DNA of 32,759 bases from NCBI GenBank assembly GCA_000320545.1, contig ADNK01002685.1, positions 1 to 32,759 of the forward strand, written 5' to 3'. Shown in pieces: positions 21,596 through 32,759 of the stretch. The notes below the pieces were generated by a model. The model was given only the letters and a program-made list of their open reading frames with translations, did not search any database and was not told the DNA's origin. Position 1 is the stretch's first letter; each line of letters opens with the position of its first letter. Both the position numbers and the translations under genes were made by a program. The stretch comes from Bigelowiella natans CCMP2755. Taxonomy: Eukaryota; Protista; Cercozoa.

Positions 21596-23783
21596 ATGCT
21601 TATAGTCATCCTCGCCGTCCTCTTCCAGGCACCATTCTCCAAATCTCACAAATACAAACGTGGTGCTGCGCTTCAAGGTGTAAAGAAAACTGTTAGCTTT
21701 CAGATGAGTACATTACAATTGAGGAAATTTGTTACACAACACACCAACGCAAATTTTGCTGCATAGCAAAAGGCTTCGTAGTTTGTATCTAGGGCTGCAG
21801 CTGTTATTGGCAGCCATGTGTACGAGGTATATAGGAATTATTGCACTGAACTAGTATCCTCTTTAGGCGCCCCGTTGTCTCCCACAAATGCAAGTTGTAG
21901 TTCGTCAATGACACGTCAATGCAAGCTGTGCTCGTTTTCTGACACCTGGGTATATGCGGGCGAAGATGAAACCAAAAAAGCTTTTTGTCTCGCTATCAAT
22001 AGGAAATGGTGCAGTAATCAATGTAATGTTGAGATGAACAGCATGGAATGGAATCCCGGTTGGGAAGGGGGCCCTGCTGCTGTTTCTGCAGCTATGGAAG
22101 GGGAGTCCAATGAGCTTGTGAGTACAGAAAAGGAAGAACAAGTACGGCACTCATCTGCTCAATGGATTTCGTCTCATTCAACCGAGTGTGTAGTGATGAA
22201 TGGACGGAGAAATGTCAGTGTGTTTGATCCAACAAGTCTTGCTGGTGATAAGACGCCAGAAGCCTTCCTCCTTTCGGAGTGGAAAGTCGAATGGGAAGGA
22301 GACTTTATCAAGGAGCTCATGTCAGATGTTAAATCCTATGTATACTGCTACGGATTGAATATTACACAACTTGCGTATGAAAGGACGAGGATTCGTACAC
22401 CTTTAGTTTTAATAGCGTCTCAGTCTGGTAGGCTCTCTAATTGGCTGATATCGCCGGAAGTCGCTATGCTGCTGAAGCCGAGCTTGCTGATTCATGTAGT
22501 GGAACACCCATAAAAAACGTGCATGTAGAATGATGAAGTGATGATGTAAATTTAAATTTTCCAGAGAAAAATAAGAAAATCACACGCGGTTTACAAGATC
22601 ATTGCATCTCATCAAATTGTCAGCTTTCTGAGGAATGGGGGGCGCATTACTTTGGAGGCCATGACTTTTATGCAACCATGCACTCTTACGGTGGGCGTGT
22701 AATGAGGCAATATCAATTTCCTGAGTTGAAATACACTTCGTCGTTCTTACAGTATTTACCGGTCGGTATTTTTCTATTCATTCCCGTAACGAAGGGGGAT
22801 ATTAAACACCTTTATAGGAGATATTTTTTTAATCTAATGAACTACTGATTCAGTAGTTGCAAGATTATTTATTACATTGGGTACCATCATCATCTACCGT
22901 ATTGTGTTGGTGATTGTATTGATGTTTCGACCAGCTTGGATATAACACGGAGATGTTAGGTGGCCGTGATTCATGCGAGGTAGCAAAAGAATCTGCAAAA
23001 ATTCGAAGCGAAGACCGAAAGTACAGCTGGGGATTTATTGGATCCGAAAAAACAGACAGAGTTCATATGATCGAAACTTTTAAGAAGAGCTTGTCAGGGA
23101 TGCCGATGTTGAGCACCATAAACAGAACCCAACACTCTCAGGTGATTATACTCATTGTCAGGAAAAGAGTCTACAACGATGACAACCACTTTCTTGTTCT
23201 TCCCTCTTTCAATATTTTCAACTTCCTTTTTTCCTCCTCTTGCATAAATAAGTTCGTAAGTTATGATGCCGTTTGTGATCGTTTCTCTTCTTCTCAGGGC
23301 AAACTTTCCCGTTCCGACACATTCAAAGCCTACCGCAAAGTAATTATTGCTCCAAACGGCAGGGTGAGATGAGCTTAGTCCGTGCACTAATCATGTTGGT
23401 AGTTTTACACATCCATATTTTGTGTACCCTATGTATGTAAATTTTTGGTCTGGGATGTTTGCAAGAATCATGTAGCCAACGTAATTTGGTTGTTGTAGGG
23501 AAACGCCGTGCTGGACTGCTTTCGGTTGTATGAAACAGGAATTGCAGGAGCCATTCCAATGATTGTTGGTTCAGATGACGAAATCAATAACCTTCTTTCC
23601 GGACAATTGAATCCACCCTGGCTAGTCGCAAAAACGTGGGAGGAGGCAGCTCAAAAGGCCCAAGAACTCATAGACGAGCCATGGAGAGTGGACAGAATTC
23701 GTGAACTTCTCGCAAGATGGTGGTGTGACAGGGTGCATGCTCTGCAATTTTTTGTAAGGCAATCCCTTCGAATCATCAAATGA
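21596..23783 (+). CDS. Exostosin/GT47-like glycosyltransferase (RXYLT1/TMEM5-like catalytic C-terminus), 6 exons
   Basis: Signal peptide MLIVILAVLFQAPFS and a Cys-rich region, followed by family motifs LLIHLSEE, VMRQY, LPLGY, RKYSWGFIGS, IIAPNGRGNAVLDCFRLYETGIAGAIPMIV and TWEEA...WW. Exons approx. 21596-21677, 21801-22495, 22624-22761, 22935-23141, 23298-23363, 23499-23783. Confidence 0.85.
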
Positions 23784-23789
23784 CTCTAA

Positions 23790-24500
23790 GAACCAAAAAA
23801 AAATTGACGCCAGCATGAAGGTCATGAGTGCGCACATCTGCACAAACAGGAACATGATTCAAGATGACATGACATCACACGTGTGTTGCATGCGCATGAT
23901 TTCACTTGCGCACATGTCCTGTGTGGCACATGCCTCTTGACATTGGCAATGAAGAGCTTTTTCATGCAACCTTGCAAACAGTGACGACGCACTGCAAAAC
24001 CAAACAAACCTGCGCAACAAAAACGAAATCAAAAAGAAAATGAATGCACAAGTTCTCAATGCTGATCGAAAACTGAGCGGAGTGCCAGAGTGCATCACGG
24101 CGGGGGCGGCAGCAGCGTCAGGCGTCTTCTTCGCCGGCATCGTTGGCGCAACCCTCTCAGTCGTGGAAAAAGAAGAAGAAGAAGAGGAAGAAGAGGCAGC
24201 AGCTTGCTGAGAATCGCGCACCACCCCTGTGGATGCAGCTAGCATAGACTGTGTGCTCTGACAGCGTTCTTGTGCGCCTACATCAGCGCAGCTTCACACG
24301 AGCACCACAATGCACCATCCGCAATTCACAAGTTATTGACCGATTTTGTTCGACGTACTTTTTGTGCTTTGATTCAATTCATGCATGGCCATGTTCGGCA
24401 AAAACTTTAAGTCTCAGAGCCCAAAAAACACGTAAGCGTTCCTTCTAGCCCTTGGTCATAGTGTGGTGGACGCACATGTCTAGCCTAGGCACCTGCATAT
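23790..24500 (-). pseudogene. Island 3: CpG-decayed relic of a GC-rich, apparently intron-containing coding sequence
   Basis: TG/CA-saturated flanks surround a CpG-retaining core (~24095-24220). The minus frame reads AASSSS...PAKKTPDAAAAPAV then LFARLHEKALHCQCQEACATQDMCASEIMRMQHTC, with excess C/H/M/Q as expected from CGN->TGN/CAN. T-rich acceptor-like TTTTTGTTGCGCAG at ~24010-24023. Confidence 0.5.
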
Positions 24501-24529
24501 TTCTACCCAAGCCATCACTCAGTTTCTAA

Positions 24530-25050
24530 GAAAGCAGCGTGGTTTGCAAGGTAGAGCGCTTTCTTACACGTTGCCTAATAACCAAAATTCTGTGTGTCAG
24601 TAGCGAAGAGGGCGCATTTACACATAGCTCGCACTCCGAATAAAAATATTTTCACGGGTTATATGCTGTTATCGTGCTCGCTAAATGACCTCGTTTTGGA
24701 CACCACGCTTCATAATTTTCTCGGAATCTTCATAAAGTTCCCGAGCCCATGACTTACGTTGCTTGGAGGCTGTTGGAACCCATCTAAGAGGTAGAGGAGA
24801 TTTAAGTAAGGATTAAAACTCAATCAGCATCTTGTGCACTAAATTTTTACTTCAGATTCTTCAGTTTTGAAGTCAGTTCCTTCAGTGATACCGCTTTTTC
24901 TACACCATCGATTAGCTGCTCCATCCTGAGGAAAGTAAACCACGGCAAGGTCGGAATCGAAGCGCTAGCGTTTGTATATGATATATGGCCTGTTTAATTC
25001 CCAAACTACGTCGTACATCTTTTGAAAATAAATGTCTATACATATATATA

Positions 25051-25088
<38 letters not shown>

Positions 25089-25655
25089 CAACGATGCGTG
25101 TTTGTGATTGCGAGATTGCGAGATTGTGTGATTGTCTGATTGTGCGATTGTGTGATTGTATGATTGTGTATGTGCTTGTATGATTTGCTTGCCCGAATAT
25201 GAAGCTCGCATGAATGTGTACTTACGCTGTGGGTTCGGGTTTGACACGAAGCATAAGAGAGTCAACGTAATCTTTCAAATCTTCCTTCAAAATACTTCCC
25301 GGCGATTCTAGTTGGCGTTATGTGACACATATTATTCCAGAAAAGGACCTCCCTCCAACCAACCCACTCGCAGTCGTTCAAGTCACCACCTTCGTCCTCA
25401 AAGTCAGCAAATCTATCCTTCATCTGCCGACTGATACGCTCGTCTTGCCACATCAGACTCTTTCAGTTTGTCCATTTTCAAAAATAGAAGACATCAGGAA
25501 GTGAATATTTAGCGGACTTCATGCGTTCTGAGATATAATATATCCCTAGCTACCCCCCCTCCCCCCCCCCTTACGCCATGCAGCGTATGTACACAGGCAC
25601 TGTTCGTATTCCATGTGTTGTTATATGTCGTCGTGTAGGTCGAATGTGGAGAAGT

Positions 25656-25739
<84 letters not shown>

Positions 25740-26156
25740 GTGTACAGGGCACTGTATTGATGAAATTACCGTGGTAAAGTTGTACATTCGACTTGTGTCT
25801 TCGTCGAACATCATTCTGATAATATATATTATTGAGATGTAAATATGCATGTGTGCAGCAAATATTCTAAAAATGTATGTGTAGCACCCTTGCGCCTTCG
25901 CTAGTGCAATTTTGCAATCCCTGTTCACGATATATACCAACAGACACACACACACACGCACGCACACAAACACACATTTCATACGATTACGTGCGTGTTG
26001 ATATGAAATAAACGTTGTTGCTAGATTCCAAGCGTGATAATTGCCGTCTGACCTATGTTGCGCCTCCTTCGCAAGCTGGTACGCAGTCTTTTTTGCTTTA
26101 TTTCTACGCAAGTTCCACGACGTATTAGCATTATGTGAGAACGCGTGCAGATTTAC

Positions 26157-26197
<41 letters not shown>

Positions 26198-26743
26198 GAG
26201 AGAGAGACTTCACACAACATTTTGTTTCTGCTTACTACCGAAGAGTCAAATTTGCTTTTCGCGCTATGAGCACCCGGAGGATCTCGAGACGATTATCCCT
26301 CTAAGGGGGAGGCAGAGACGGGAAAAGCAACGTCGACCGAAGATGAAAAATAAAGACGCGTATTTAACGAATCTCTCGAGTATATGAAACTGGGCTATTA
26401 GTCTAATTGCGTTTTCTACTACCGCTGCAAAGTGTAGCGCGCTATTTTCTCCCGGCCCGACTAAATCTGTGTGGTTGACATGAATTTGATGATTAGATAT
26501 GAAACTGTATCTAAAGGTGTACTATCTTCCTATCCTTCCCCTCTCACCGTCCTACGACAACAAACACTACAACGGTTAAACCTCTAAGGCTGATGAGATT
26601 ACGAATAGAAAAAGAATGAATACTTGTATCTGCATTGGAATCCAACAGAAATTTGACACAATTTGTTGCTCCAGACGCGGTTGCAATCGACAGCGCTGAT
26701 GGCGGTGGAGAAAGAGTGATGAGAGGGGGGGGGGACACGCGCC

Positions 26744-26783
<40 letters not shown>

Positions 26784-27133
26784 CCGCAAGCTTATAATTG
26801 TGTTGCATGCTGGCATGAATATATCATATATCAACGTTATCTGGCGTGGATCTATGATGGACTACCTGGCAAACATGTCCTTGGATGGAGGGAATTTACA
26901 TTAAACTTTTTATCAGCTGTGAGGCTGTAAAAATGGCATGAAAGTAATATTAGAGAAACCACCGTCACGAGAGCCTTCTATGACTAAGAAGAAAATACGA
27001 GTCTGCCTTCTCCTTTGCTATTTATTTCTTTGAAAATATAATGTTTTCTGATTTTTTGCATTCATCGACGGGGTCTTACATCTTCTTCATCTCATCCACA
27101 TTTCCGTCCGCCGCGGATTGAAACCAAGAATCT
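24530..27133 (-). CDS. Ankyrin-repeat protein exons with a possible C-terminal EF-hand-like segment; boundaries uncertain, may be the 3' part of the LRR gene
   Basis: Exons DSWFQSAADGNVDEMKK, FNVNSLHPRT, HASMQHNYKLA, SALSIATASGATNCVKFLLDSNADT, GPGENSALHFAA, RDNRLEILRVLIARKANLTLR, NKAKKTAYQLAKEAQHR (ankyrin consensus), then MKDRFADFEDEESPGSILKEDLKDY. Confidence 0.72.
25106..25169. repeat. Intronic 8-bp minisatellite (GATTGNNN) x8
   Basis: gattgcga gattgcga gattgtgt gattgtct gattgtgc gattgtgt gattgtat gattgtgt. Confidence 0.85.
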
Positions 27134-27298
27134 CTAAGTACATGTTAGTATAACGAATACAATTTTTCCTTTCATAAATAATATAAACTTGAATCTTGGA
27201 TCACATGACAGTGCGTGTTGTTACAGCGTGCGTATATGCTTGGAGTACAAGGATATGTTGTGAGTTTTACCGTGTATGCAGTTGCTTTGCCTCCTGAT

Positions 27299-27340
<42 letters not shown>

Positions 27341-27843
27341 GTGTCACAAGTACAAATTAGAGGCACTGCGACCAAATTTATGTGGCCAAACTGACGATAT
27401 TTTCAATGCGTTGAAACCGAAAAAAAACATTGATGGGAAGCATTCTAATAACCTTTTTGAGGTCTGAAAACAGCGGTTTGTCGGTGTTCACAAAAGGCTC
27501 TCTTTTGGTCCCTAGATATGGTAGTAGAAGTAGTAGTTGCGGAGGAGAGAAGGAGTAGCAGCAACACTAACTCAAAGCGACTATCTATCAAAAAGTTGGG
27601 ATATTGCCAAAGTAAGTGTAGACTGGGAAACTAGTTCGGCGCAAATGCCGTAAATAAAAACAATATACACATGTAGAGTTGGGGAAAGCGTTAAAAAATT
27701 CCAACCACATGCGCAACCCGACCTGATCGTTGAAAGGGCAGATGTGGAGGGTTCCTAGTATGGCCAGGAGGCCAGGAGGTGGGGGTGCGACAAATAAATA
27801 TCAAGGCGGTAAAGAACAAGAGGAGAAACACATACAGTCACCT

Positions 27844-27914
<71 letters not shown>

Positions 27915-28144
27915 CCAGGCAGAACGAAAGAGAACACAGACAAGTTGAGGGGACGCAACTGTCATGTTCGATATCCAAACTGCAAAATATGAAGGAAACG
28001 TCTTTTAACGAAAATAAATAAACTACCCTTTCTTCTTCCCGCCTGCTTTAATTATCAGCGGCCCTAAAGCCTACAGTGTATCATGAAATTCTTTAATGTA
28101 ACGAAGATGGTTTCTGTCTCTGAATGAGCGATTTGATTTTGTAC

Positions 28145-28367
28145 CTTGGCTTGATCATATTCATCGCTTGTAATCTCGTGATTGTCTAGGATCTCCAACG
28201 ACGGCAGAGCTGTTGCGTGATGATAACAGCTAGGTTTTCGTTTGATTAAGGCATATTGGAGTGAAAAGAAAGGTACATGGCCTCCAGAGTATTTGCGTGT
28301 GTACAATCACTGAGCTATCTCGCATGCAAACGGCCTACTACTACTACTACTAGAGTGAGTGTGAGAA

Positions 28368-28415
<48 letters not shown>

Positions 28416-29024
28416 AATGTACGGCAACATACTTATAGAAATTTGCTCAAGTACCATTAATAACTCTTATTCTGTAGTTGAGCTCCTCACAGAGAGGGTT
28501 TCCGCTTAGATCCAAGTTCTAAAGCGTCACCATTGTTTCAAACGAGGAGAGGTTATCATTTGTCATGACTGTAGCAGTCACGCACTCTATATATTACTCA
28601 TTGGAGTCGTATCCATATTTAACGGTCTCTGTGTGCGTGTGTGCATACAGCGCGTATTTGGTTACCTTCAAGTACGCCAAATGGTAGAGATACATAATTG
28701 TATTTCCTATCACGACGAATATATAGGTATCAGGAAAGAAGTAAGGAGAAATCACTTCGAGCACGTAAAACTTAGAATATTTGAAATTCATGAACCGAGG
28801 TCGCGTATCTTGTTGTTTGCAACGGACAGAACTTCCAGGAATTTCGTTTTGCGTAGACATCCCTACAAAAACACGCGCATAGGTTCTATAGGTCAGAGTT
28901 GCTGATGCATTGTAAGAGTAGATGACGAGTATTTTCATCACCCTTCTTCTGTAACCTTTAGTGTCGTGAGTCTATTGTTGTGGAGCCGAAGCTGCTGCAG
29001 CCTGAAAGCGACACACACACACAC

Positions 29025-29083
<59 letters not shown>

Positions 29084-29980
29084 CATGAATATACATTAAC
29101 AAGTAACGTATATGTGTGGTGCTCACATAAATCAACAGACAGGGGAGTGCTGGTGTGTTATTTTATGTGTGTCATATCATGATATTATGAGTGTAATGCT
29201 ACAAAAATTTAATTTACAATCAGTACCCAAAACAATGATCCAGATGCTTAATATCTGCAATCCTGATAGAGCCACACACACACACAAATACACACGTATT
29301 GTATAATAATAAGTGTAATGTGTTGTGTGTGTGCAACGAAAATTTTATGAAGGCAAGGATAGATCATTACGTCTTCCTACTTTCTCTCTCTGATTGCCTT
29401 CCCAATTTCTCCCCCTTCTCCAGACTCTTTCTTATCTTCTTGATACTTAACTCATGTACAAGCTTATGTTCGTATTGTTAAACGACAATAAGAAAATCAT
29501 CATCATCATCACTCAATCTACTACTTGTTGTCATTTAGCCATAACGACGATAGATTTTTTAGGCCTTCAAACCCCTCTAGTACCTCAATGCCTTTTCCCT
29601 ATGTATAGCATCACATATATTTATCTAAAATTGTCACAAGAATGGCAGTGCATTAATCGCAAAATATTCATTTTACAGATAGATGCAGCTCCACGCAGTT
29701 TCTTGCTGCTGTTACGTCTCTACTCGGAAGCGCAGATAAGGGGTCCGATTTAACCTAGATAGTACGGCGGGATAGGGAAGGGCGAAAACGCCATTCATGC
29801 ATATGGGGAAGAGGATAGTCAGCTCCAAAGCCGAAGGTAGTGTATTCGTTCATTGCGACGCGATAACGACAAGCAGGGGAACACAGCCACCTTCTCCACA
29901 TTTCTGGCTGAGTCTGGGTTGATTGTGGCGGTATCAACGCTGGCATCATGGAGCAGCGTAGAGCGCGCAAATCGAGACAT
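28145..29980 (-). CDS. Leucine-rich repeat protein (SDS22-class LRRs + LRRcap), LRRC72-like
   Basis: Exons NCVELHLS, EGFEGLKNLSSLWLNDN, IADIKHLDHCF, LQQLRLHNNRLTTLK, GCLRKTKFLEVLSVANNKIRDL, TIMYLYHLAYLK, NLDLSGNPLCEELNYRIRVIN, PSLEILDNHEITSDEYDQAK. Start at ATG 29980 (MSRFARSTLL) is tentative. The gene continues downstream of 28145. Confidence 0.82.
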
Positions 29981-30606
29981 GTCCCTTCCTGATAGAACAC
30001 GAAGGTGAGCACGTTTGCTACGTCACCAGTTCTTCATCCGCTTCCATCATCTCCGAACCAAAATTCTCTCCAAAGCTATTTTTTCTATTTGTTCAAATAT
30101 ATTGAGTCTTGATTTTAGTGACGGTGTCGCAAATTCCCCTTCTATCTAGTGTTATGTCCCTTCCCCCCCCTGGTCTCCCATGCACCCGTAGACAGATGTT
30201 CCGTTATTGGAAGGGGTCGAAACGCTCGGGCTTTGTGGAATCCGAATCTTTGGAATAAATACTGGAATTGCCTATGTCGCAGGATATTTTCGCACAGCAT
30301 TTCCCACGTAAGGGACGAATGATTTTTTTCATCACAAATAGAGTGGTAAATTGCTATTGCGACACAGAAATACAGCCGAAAATCTGTCCTTCGGGAACTT
30401 ACGATGTGGAAAAGAAAGTTGGGCAATCAATCCAAAACCCGTTCCCGCAACGTAGTGTTAAGAACGCATAGGATTTCTTCAGATATGAAGAATCTATAAT
30501 TGTCGTAGGATGATAATGGAATGTGTTTCCGTCCTTAACTCGGTTTTTATCTCATTTTGTGATCAGGGGAAGGCAGGCCTTACCCTTCTATGCCTATGCT
30601 CATCCA

Positions 30607-31681
30607 ATGAAGCCCTCTTCGTCCTCCTCCGTAAGGAAGGGACCAACGCGAGTTGTTGCTCACCTTGATCTCGGTGCTCATGAGAGAAAACGTGAACAGC
30701 AAATAGTTATATGCAACGCTCACCTTCAAATAGTTATGTGCAATGTCCACCTTTATGTTCGAACGAAAGTAGTTAATTATTGGACAGGCGGATGCTCTAG
30801 AAAGTGTGAATACTGAAATAAGATAGAGTCTAGGAAACAATTTGACAAAATCCTTGCATTTGCACCAGACTGTTTCTATGTCCAAGTCGAACAGCGTCGT
30901 GCCCCAGAGTTAAAAGGCAAACCGACCTGCGTTGGTGAGAATATGGCCTTTTCTTTTCACTTCCTCCCGTTTATCTAATGAAATTTCCCCCTGATAATTT
31001 CAGTGCAGTACAACAATTGGAAGGGGGGCGCGATGATTGCCGTGTCATACGAAGTACCGATTGTAGCCGAGAGGGAAGAGGGAGAAAGGGGGCGAGAGAA
31101 GAGAGAATAAATTTTGGAGCTATGCTTGTTGGATTCGCCTTTTGGAGATATGATTTTTTGAGGATTGTGCTTTTTGGGTTCGCCTCTCAGGCCCGAGCGT
31201 ATGGCATTACGAGAGCAATGCGTGGAGAAGAAGCGAAAAAGCGTTGTCCGGATGTCAACCTTATTCAGTGAGATATACGCGCTCGCATACACACACACAC
31301 ACACACACACACACTATCCGCCACCTCAATAATGCTTGCCCCCTTTTTAATGATATTCTCCTTGCTTCATTGTAAGGGTTCCAACTGCAAATGGAAAGAG
31401 CGACATGCAGGTGTGGTGCATTATGACGAACCTTACCGTATGCGCGACCGTCTTTGCATGTATGAAATGACAAGAGTTGTGTGTTTGCAAAGCTCTATCG
31501 AGATGCGGGGGCTGAGGTCATTCGGGCGATTGAAGATCATGTTGATAGAATAGAGCGCGCATCGAGTGAGTTGTCCTACGATAGATAATAAGTGACAAAC
31601 TCAAATCCCTCCCCTTCCCCATTAACCCCTCCCCTACCCCCCCCCTCTCTCCCTCTCTCCCTGATACACCACGCACGCACA

Positions 31682-31717
<36 letters not shown>

Positions 31718-32754
31718 GACTTGTGCAGCGTATGTCACATTTACGAGCTGCTCGTTCGTCTTCTCTGTGTTTTTAGTCGATGAATCGTACGTGGACGTTA
31801 CGTCTCAGGTTGTTACTTAGTTGCTGCATCTAGTTACTAGACGGCGAGAAAGCAAATGTTAATTTCTTGTTGAACATGTAATGTCTCCCTTGAAGGCTCA
31901 TGATCGGTTGGGGAAAGTCAAAGACAACTCAGAGCTTTTGCAAGGGCTCGAGGTCTAAAATAACACAAACAGTGCATAATTAGTCGTGGGTATCTTGTTT
32001 GCAAAAAAAGCTCTTTGAACTTGATTTCGTGTGCTCGGATGTGTGCGTGTGTGCGTGTGCGTGTGTGTGTGTGTGAAGGATTCGTTCATTGTGGGCTCGG
32101 ATCATGTCCCGGCTGGCAATCGAGAGAGGCAGCTTGAGGCTGAAAAAGATAAGCGAGAGGCGGAAAAGAGAGGAATTCGTACGGATCCCGAACTACTAAA
32201 GAGTGAGGGAGCTGCGACAGACAATTCCAAGGAGAAAGTGAAAAACCTACAAGGTAGTATCAACTCATAAGCTTTCCTCTTTTTACATATATGACACGAA
32301 ACAATCGAGCTGTTAAATCTTTTGGAAGCCCTTGCGTGTTGATTATAAACTGTGTGGGAGTCAAGGTTATTTTGCGTGCACACAGACAGCACATGGCAGT
32401 AGCAACTTGAGTAAAGGCATGGTACTGACCATCAAATAAACCGACGATGGTTGTAATGTGACGGTTGGTAGATTTTCTTCATGGGGAGGAGGATCGTCTG
32501 CTAGCAGCTGGAGCTCTTGTCGTTAAAGGTAATAAGTAATACAGATAAATAATACAGAGTTACTGTTATTGGACGCAGCAGCAGCAGCTTTCGTATCTAT
32601 TATGCCAACGTTTGTCGACGTTGTTGATCTGTGTGCGATTATTGCTGTTGGCTGGGAAATATATTAATATTGAGCAGAATTACGAGATCGAGTATTAGCA
32701 GAGACACAATTCACAGTATCAGCAGGCATAGGACATAACAAAATGATGGCAAAG
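30607..32754 (+). CDS. POLH: DNA polymerase eta (Y-family translesion polymerase), 5' part; continues beyond the window
   Basis: Phase-consistent exons 30607-30673, 30869-30934, 31004-31053, 31191-31267, 31377-31410, 31493-31565, 31777-31808 and onward give RVVAHLDLDCFYVQVEQRRAPELKGKPTCVVQYNNWKGGAMIAVSYEARAYGITRAMRGEEAKKRCP...GKSDMQLYRDAG...ERASIDESYVDVT...ELRDRVLAETQFTVSAGIGHNKMMAK, matching Rad30/Pol eta motifs. Confidence 0.95.
30700..30753. repeat. Imperfect 2 x 27-bp tandem duplication in Pol eta intron 1
   Basis: CAAATAGTTATATGCAACGCTCACCTT / CAAATAGTTATGTGCAATGTCCACCTT. Confidence 0.8.
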
Positions 32755-32759
32755 GTGGG

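Larger units (their letters stand above)
570..32075. repeat. Dozens of intronic microsatellites: (CA)n, (TA)n, (GA)n, (TAG)n, (CAT)n, (GAA)n, poly-G/C
   Basis: For example ~587-618 (AC), ~742-773 (TAG), ~5216-5253 (TA), ~6376-6441 (CA), ~16260-16374 (TA/GA/G/TA), ~20197-20260 (AC), ~29029-29080 (AG). Almost all fall inside predicted introns. Confidence 0.95.

Noticed and set aside
376-32392. Most supplied ORFs with CVCVCV, HTHTHT, YIYIYI, ERERER or LSLSLS runs
   Set aside because: These are translations of intronic microsatellites; the real coding sequence is split into short exons.
1-32759. tRNA/rRNA genes, intact transposases, virophage/NCLDV core genes
   Set aside because: No cloverleaf, rRNA or recognisable motif seen by eye. 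A tRNAscan/Infernal/HMM search would be needed to exclude them formally.

Overview
Intron-rich eukaryotic nuclear DNA, with GT-AG introns mostly 50-400 nt and many (CA)/(TA)/(GA)/trinucleotide microsatellites. Signal-peptide + transit-peptide leaders suggest an alga with a complex plastid, possibly a chlorarachniophyte (inference). Most six-frame ORFs supplied are microsatellite artefacts, so gene models were rebuilt by hand from splice sites and codon phase. Left to right: tryptophan synthase alpha (-, Arg-rich presequence, C-terminus not found); an unknown plastid-leader gene and a possibly RGS-like gene (+); a poly-Q nuclear protein (-); a Tat-targeted thylakoid-lumen alpha/beta-hydrolase-like protein (+); a head-to-head pair of putative glycosyltransferases (RPD-motif type, -; exostosin/GT47-RXYLT1-like, +); ankyrin and LRRC72-like LRR exons (-); DNA polymerase eta (+, runs off the window). 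The most striking unexplained structure is that all three convergent (tail-to-tail) gene junctions hold a 0.5-1 kb island of purine/pyrimidine-alternating, TGCA/CATG/CTAG-rich, palindrome-dense DNA resembling CpG-decayed GC-rich sequence. The divergent junctions have none.
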